Assembly: GCA_038227875.1 (NCBI GenBank)
Contig: JBBRPR010000045.1
Span: forward strand, 1-64,000
Direction: 5' to 3'
Source of the DNA: Planctomycetota bacterium
Lineage (GTDB): Bacteria; Planctomycetota; SZUA-567; H5-PLA8
Length of the DNA stretch: 64,000 nucleotides
Shown here: positions 58,808-64,000 of the stretch, in pieces
Layout of the letters: each line of letters begins with the position of its first letter
Position numbering within the stretch: position 1 is the stretch's first letter
Translations under genes and position numbers: made by a program
Notes under the pieces: generated by a model
The model's database searches: none
What the model was told of the DNA's origin: nothing
What the model saw: the letters and a program-made list of their open reading frames with translations, nothing else

Positions 58808-59090
58808 GTTACACTGACCTCCAAAAAACAGGGGCGCGGGTCCGCTCATGCGGACGCCTAGCCCCTCGCTTTGCACTTTAAGATTTCACCAATTGATCCC
58901 GATGGACGTCACAGCCCAAAGGTCTAAGTCAGAATTGCCATAATATTAGAGACCCGAAGCCAGTCCACTAAATTTCAATATTTCGGAGAATGGAGGATCT
59001 TCCGCTAACACACAAGGCGCAGCAGTTATCTATATGTCGTCGGCTTGAGGACTTTCACGAGTGTCTGGATTTTCACACTTCGCGCAAGAG

Positions 59091-60539
59091 CTAACTATGC
59101 CCTTCCGGAGACTTTTGAAACACCGCCGCGAAGAACCCATCGGTGCCCTGCTGGTGCGGCAACAGCTTTAAGTATTGCCCCGTCGCGTCCGTCACGCGCG
59201 CAGCACCTTTCTTGGGCAGCACGGTTTCGAACAGCGTCCGCGCGGAGACCAGCGCAAACTCGCGCGACTGGTTGAGAAACTCCGCGGCCACGGCTTCGTT
59301 CTCTGCGCGCAGCACCGTACACGTCGCATAAATCAGGTAGCCGCCGGGCGCGCACAATCGCGCGGCTTGTTTGAGGATGTCCAGCTGCTCGGCCGGCAGC
59401 CGCTGCAATGCTTCGGCGGTGATGCGCCAACGCACTTCCGGTTTCCGGCGCAGCGCACCGACGCCGCTGCATGGCGCGTCGACCAGCACGCAAATCGCTT
59501 TGCCGCGGACGGAATGGAGTTCGCGTGGCAGCGTGTTCCGCTCAATCAGCACCGGCGTCAGATTTTCCAGACCGGCGCGATCGGCGCGGCGGCGCAGTTC
59601 ATCGAAGTCGTGATGCTTGAGCGTCAGCGCGAACAAGCGGCCGCGATTGTTCATCGCCGCACCCAGCGGCAGCGTTTTGCCGCCCGCGCCGGCACAGAAA
59701 TCGACGGCGATGCCGCCGGTCTCTTCGAAACCAAAGCCCGTCTTCGCGCTGGCATGTTTCAGAAACGCGCGCAGCGCGCACGCGGCGAGTTCCGAGACCA
59801 GCTGGCTGCCTTCGTCCTGCGGCTCAAACAGTCCCGAGCTGCGGGCGCTGCGCAACATGTCGGCGGACCGATCCTTGGGTTCGGCGTCGAGCGAGAGCGA
59901 AAGTCCGTGCGGCGCGAAGCGTGTCGACTTGGTCTCCACGCCGCTGGCCGTCAGCCGCTCGGCCAATTCCGCGCGCGTTACCTTCAGCGTGTTGGCCCGC
60001 AAGGTCTGCGTCGCCGCTTCGTTCAACGCGCTGCCAAGCGCTTCGGCCTCGTCGCCGTACTCGTCGAGAAAACGTTCGGCGAGCAGATCGGGCAGCGAGC
60101 ATTTCAGCGCCAGGCGGAGCACCGGCGAACTCTCGCGCGCGATGGCGGCATCGATCTCCGCGACGGCTTTCCAGTTCACCACCGGCAGCGCTTCGCGCGC
60201 TTCCTCGATTGAAATTTCCTGCTTCAACAGCCGGAACGCCACGTACTTCGCGTACACTTCCGTATCGCGCGTGAGCCGCGCGCCGGCCGCTTCCAGCGCG
60301 AAGTCGAGCTTTCGCGCCAGATGGATCATGCCGAACAGACGCCGGTTGGCCGTCGCCCGCGCGCGCGGGCCGAGGTCCTCGCGGCGGCGGAAGGCCTGCG
60401 CCAGCAGGTCGCTGGCGTAGCCGCCCTCGCGGAGCACGCGCGCATACGCGTCGAGAACCAGATCGCGCACGCGATCGTCTTGAGCGGGACGGCGGGAAAT
60501 CTGCGGACGACGGTTCTGGTGTTTCGCTTTACGGTGCAC
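59091..60539 (-). CDS. RsmB/NOP2-family RNA (cytosine-C5) methyltransferase
   Basis: LRANTLK, QDEGSQ, DFCAGAGGKT, LVDAPCSGVG, YATCT, TDGFF. Confidence 0.9.
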   Translation of the reverse strand: MHRKAKHQNRRPQISRRPAQDDRVRDLVLDAYARVLREGGYASDLLAQAFRRREDLGPRARATANRRLFGMIHLARKLDFALEAAGARLTRDTEVYAKYVAFRLLKQEISIEEAREALPVVNWKAVAEIDAAIARESSPVLRLALKCSLPDLLAERFLDEYGDEAEALGSALNEAATQTLRANTLKVTRAELAERLTASGVETKSTRFAPHGLSLSLDAEPKDRSADMLRSARSSGLFEPQDEGSQLVSELAACALRAFLKHASAKTGFGFEETGGIAVDFCAGAGGKTLPLGAAMNNRGRLFALTLKHHDFDELRRRADRAGLENLTPVLIERNTLPRELHSVRGKAICVLVDAPCSGVGALRRKPEVRWRITAEALQRLPAEQLDILKQAARLCAPGGYLIYATCTVLRAENEAVAAEFLNQSREFALVSARTLFETVLPKKGAARVTDATGQYLKLLPHQQGTDGFFAAVFQKSPEGHS

Positions 60540-60571
60540 GCGGCGGCTGATTACTCCATGTCGGAATTTTG

Positions 60572-62053
60572 TTACCGGACCGCGTCACAGCGCAAGGTCA
60601 CGCCGCGCATGATAAGCTCATCCGGCTTTTTAACGATGGGATTTATCGACCGCGCCGCGCGGCCGGCTTTCTCCAGCGTCACCGTCTCGAGTCTTTCGCC
60701 GTCGGGATGCGTGTACGCCCATTCGGCACTCAGTTTCACGCCGTCGACTTTGTCGGCCTGCAGGTAGAGCTTGTTCTCGCCAGGAACCAGGCGCGGCAGG
60801 ATGTTCATGTTGAGCTGGTAGCCAACGGTCATCTGCAACCCGCGCAGGCGCAACGGTGACGCCGACGATTGCGTCGACATATCCACGCGCAGCCAGAATT
60901 CCTGCAGGCCGCGGATGCTCGGCCCCTCTTCCAGGCCATGCGTGATCAGCTTCGGCGGTTCGCCGGATTTCCAATAGACCGAGTGCAGCGAGCGGCCGGC
61001 GTCGGGCGAGACCGCAAAGCCCACGAGATCGCCGCCGCCGACATCGACGGCCGGGTTCAGACGCAGGTACGTCGCCAGATACGGCAGGCGGATGTGGTAC
61101 CAGACTTCGCAGTGCTTCTTCGCGCCGGTCGGCCGCAGCGTGCCGTTTTCGAAGACGGCATTGGCGCTGCTCCACGCCGCAGCATCGCCCAGCAGCAACG
61201 GCTGCCAACGCAGTGCGCCGCAACCGTGCCAGCGCACCGCCTGCGTGCCATTGATGCCGTGCTGGTCGCCGGTCTCCCAGACGTAATTTTTCCAGTAGGA
61301 GTGGTGTTCGGGATAGCGTGGCTTACCTTCTTCATCGTAGAGCGAAATGTCGCAATGCGCCCCGGACGTGGACGAGCCGACTTTCCACGAGAGCTCAGGA
61401 ATCTCCGGACGCCACAGCTGCGAGTAAACCTGCCCCGCGCGCGGTTCGAAGCGCAGCTCGTACCCTTGCACCGGCTGAACCACATCGAGCAGATCGTGAA
61501 CCTGGTAGCGGTGCAGATACCCGGAGCGTTCGGGATCGTGCCCCAGCCGCGAGCGCCCGCCAGAACGCGGACGCGTCACGAGATCGGGATTGGCGGCGAG
61601 TTCCTCGCACGACGCAACTTCGCCGCCTTCGTTCAGAAAATACCACCCGATGAACGGATCGAACGCGTGCCAGCCTTCCTTGCCGTCGGCACCCGCGTAC
61701 CAGACCTCGTAAAACGTATGCCCCGACTTGAACGCCACCGCGCGGCGCGCTTTCATGCCGGCGGCCTGGAGCGCTTCTGCAGCCACCCAGCCCCAGCCAG
61801 TACATTCGTTGTGCCCCCAGGACGTAAACAGCAGCGTCGGGTCGGCAGAATGGATCCACGACCCCAGCCCGGCGAGTTTCAGGTTCGGGCCGCGGTTCAT
61901 GCAGCGCAGCAGCCAGGAGTTAAAAGCGAGGGCGCGCTCCTTGTCGGTCTTACACCCTTCGATTCGGAACACATCCCGCGCAAACGCGCCCGGCGATGAA
62001 CCGCAGGGCCAAGCTTCATTTCCGAACCACACACCGTTGGCGGACGCGCTCAT
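60572..62053 (-). CDS. transglutaminase-like (Cys-His-Asp) protein, paralog of the ECF C-terminal domain
   Basis: WGHNEC...GHTFYEVWY...WHAFDP; several blocks colinear with 16738..19596. Confidence 0.75.
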   Translation of the reverse strand: MSASANGVWFGNEAWPCGSSPGAFARDVFRIEGCKTDKERALAFNSWLLRCMNRGPNLKLAGLGSWIHSADPTLLFTSWGHNECTGWGWVAAEALQAAGMKARRAVAFKSGHTFYEVWYAGADGKEGWHAFDPFIGWYFLNEGGEVASCEELAANPDLVTRPRSGGRSRLGHDPERSGYLHRYQVHDLLDVVQPVQGYELRFEPRAGQVYSQLWRPEIPELSWKVGSSTSGAHCDISLYDEEGKPRYPEHHSYWKNYVWETGDQHGINGTQAVRWHGCGALRWQPLLLGDAAAWSSANAVFENGTLRPTGAKKHCEVWYHIRLPYLATYLRLNPAVDVGGGDLVGFAVSPDAGRSLHSVYWKSGEPPKLITHGLEEGPSIRGLQEFWLRVDMSTQSSASPLRLRGLQMTVGYQLNMNILPRLVPGENKLYLQADKVDGVKLSAEWAYTHPDGERLETVTLEKAGRAARSINPIVKKPDELIMRGVTLRCDAVR

Positions 62054-62185
62054 TAATTTTGCCTCACTGTTTACGGGTTGGCAGCAGTAATGCTACTTAA
62101 TACCCCACGTTTGAGTGGGAAACGAGATTCTTTTGCACATTGCAAAATGCATTGTTTTGCAAAATGCAATCTGCAATTCGGGAAA

Positions 62186-62216
62186 CAAAAAGGCCCGGCA
62201 ATTTGCGCCGGGCCTT
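62186..62216 (-). terminator. intrinsic terminator downstream of the NYN gene
   Basis: Stem AAGGCCCGGC/GCCGGGCCTT with a T tract on the minus strand. Confidence 0.75.
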
Positions 62217-62241
62217 CTTAAGTATATTATATCTCAACTAC

Positions 62242-63069
62242 TTAGGCAAGTATGCCAAGGTCCGGACGCTTCGATCCGCGGGACGTCGGCGGCGGCGGCT
62301 GCGGCGGATCTTCGTCTTCGTCGTTCCCGGCTGCTTGGTTGCCATACGCAGCGCTCTGTTCGGCAGCGGCCGCGGCGGCAGCTTCGGCTTCCAGATCTTC
62401 GTCGCGCGGCAGGCCTTCGTACGCGTGATGACCGGGCGCGGTGGAACCCAAGCCACTGATGCTGGGAGCAGCTCCGGTGGCGATCGCTTCAAACTTCTTC
62501 TCTTTGAAAATCCAGCTTTCCTGGATCGGAATATACGCGTCGGCAGCGCGGATCAGTTCACCGGCCGTCGAGCGTTCGAAGCTCACCACTTCCACGCGAC
62601 AGCCGTGAAGCTTGAGGCATTCCACGAGCGGAACGTAGTCGCCGTCTCCAGTGACCAATGTGACGGTGTCGAGGCGCGGAGCCATCATCAGAGCGTCGAT
62701 GGTGAGCCCAATTTCCCAGGAGCCTTTGGCCGTTCCGCCGCCACTGCGTTCACCACGATCACCACCGCGCTCTCCACGGTCGGAATCGGGACGAATCTTC
62801 AATTCTTTGATCTTCAGTTCGTAACCAAAGCGGCTCAACGCTTCGTGAAAGCCAGCCTGATTGACATCGGGTTTCTGGACAATGTATGCAATGGCTCGGA
62901 CGAGATGTCGCGTGCCGGTAATTTCGCGCAACAGCCGGCCGTAATCAACTTTGCTCTGATGAAGGAGTTTGGCTGAATAAAACATATTCTGCACGTCGAC
63001 GAAAATCCCCAATCGTTGAGGAAAACTTCTCGCGATGAGCGCGGGGGTAGGCGTGGTGGTGCTCGTCAT
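62242..63069 (-). CDS. NYN domain (LabA/DUF88) protein
   Basis: IFVDVQNMFY, KGSWEIGLTIDA, VTGDGDYVPL, ADAYI; acidic disordered tail. Confidence 0.9.
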   Translation of the reverse strand: MTSTTTPTPALIARSFPQRLGIFVDVQNMFYSAKLLHQSKVDYGRLLREITGTRHLVRAIAYIVQKPDVNQAGFHEALSRFGYELKIKELKIRPDSDRGERGGDRGERSGGGTAKGSWEIGLTIDALMMAPRLDTVTLVTGDGDYVPLVECLKLHGCRVEVVSFERSTAGELIRAADAYIPIQESWIFKEKKFEAIATGAAPSISGLGSTAPGHHAYEGLPRDEDLEAEAAAAAAAEQSAAYGNQAAGNDEDEDPPQPPPPTSRGSKRPDLGILA

Positions 63070-63180
63070 AAATCAGTCCTTTCTGCGCAATCCCTGTTGG
63101 AGCGCACATCTTGGCACAACTTTATTCTCACATCAAGTGATAGAACGCTAATTTGCTACGCCTGTTGAACTTCAGGCCTG

Positions 63181-64000
63181 TCACACGCCGTCCATGGCCT
63201 CGATTAATTTCCGTGTTACACTTTCCGGATCCGACGCACTTATGACCGCCGAAGAGACTGCAATTCTGCGCACGCCTGCCGCTTTCAGTTCCGGTATACG
63301 CTCCAGCGTAATTCCTCCGATTGCGAAGACCGGAAGGTCGGTTTTCAACGCACTCACCTGCTCTGCTAAGCTTAATCCAGCCATAATCCGCTGGAGTTTG
63401 GTGGTGGTGTCGTACATCGACCCAATCGCGATATAGTCGACCTGCTCCTGTTCGATCGCCCGTTTCGCCTGTCCGACTGAATGCGTCGAACGCCCTATCA
63501 GCAGTCTCTGACCCATCACGCTGCGGATGTCCGCAGGCGCCATATCGTCCTGCCCCACATGCACACCGACGCATCCGGACGCAGCGGCAACATCGACTCG
63601 GTCATTGCAAATTAAAACTGCGTCGTACTCAGAACACAAACGTTGCAAATCCCGGGCCTTAGTAATCAGCGTTGTGCCAGAGTCTTGTTTCTCCCTCAGC
63701 TGAAACAACTTGCAACCACCCTTTAATGCCGCCTCAGCCGTAGGCAATAAACCGCGTGCACACAGTGACTCCGTTAAAAGTACATATACAGTGGATGCAC
63801 CCAGAGTCGTTGCGGCAGCGCTTCCCAGCATCAGCCATTGCTCAGCTTCATAAAGTACATAGCGGTACTGCGAGAGCTGCGTGGAGCTTTGCGCGAACTG
63901 TGCTCGGAAGTACTCTTCCAGCACCCGCAGCGCTTCCTGCGCACGCTTTAAACCGCGCCGGGCGACATGCAGCGGCCGCTCAGCGTTGGCGGGAGCCGCC
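63181..64000 (-). CDS. thiE: thiamine phosphate synthase, long form, 5' end outside the window
   Basis: QLREK, NDRVD, GVHVGQDD, IGRSTH, TTTK, AIGGI; frame open to the window edge with KRAQEALRVLEEY. Confidence 0.9.
   Translation of the reverse strand, partial: AAPANAERPLHVARRGLKRAQEALRVLEEYFRAQFAQSSTQLSQYRYVLYEAEQWLMLGSAAATTLGASTVYVLLTESLCARGLLPTAEAALKGGCKLFQLREKQDSGTTLITKARDLQRLCSEYDAVLICNDRVDVAAASGCVGVHVGQDDMAPADIRSVMGQRLLIGRSTHSVGQAKRAIEQEQVDYIAIGSMYDTTTKLQRIMAGLSLAEQVSALKTDLPVFAIGGITLERIPELKAAGVRRIAVSSAVISASDPESVTRKLIEAMDGV

Noticed and set aside
58900..58970. Weak resemblance to a c-di-GMP-I riboswitch (GGACG...GGTCTAAG...AGCCAG)
   Set aside because: Lacks the GCAAA and GNRA elements, and is on the strand opposite to the gene it would precede.

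Overview
GC-rich bacterial chromosomal window with about 47 protein-coding genes. No rRNA, tRNA, CRISPR array, transposase or phage structural genes were recognised. The protein architectures (ECF sigma factor with a transmembrane helix and large C-terminal extension, NHL/PKD surface protein, large minor pilins, Zn-ribbon/Pro-rich membrane proteins) suggest an uncultured Planctomycetota-like organism; this is inference only. Content: (1) carbohydrate utilisation (GH5, esterase, GH78-like, class I xylose isomerase, unassigned GH-like proteins, oxidoreductases); (2) an XRE-cupin-regulated cluster of mmsA, class III aminotransferase and M20 amidohydrolase that continues into two uncharacterised glycan-domain proteins; (3) signalling genes, including one frameshifted response regulator; (4) a five-gene minor-pilin cassette and a PilZ-MshEN-PilZ protein; (5) housekeeping genes (DinG-like helicase, rhomboid, RsmB-like, NYN, partial thiE). 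Most notable: an ECF sigma factor fused to a Cys-His-Asp transglutaminase/PNGase-like domain, with a stand-alone paralog and a third Cys-His-Asp protein in the window; tandem 28-bp GACC...GGTC palindrome pairs at two loci with conserved geometry but different arms; a dispersed ~120-140 bp terminator-carrying element that supplies stop codons; a GTAG REPIN; and a spanin-like coiled-coil plus lipoprotein pair. All calls are from motif recognition by eye. No database searches were run, and start codons are best estimates.
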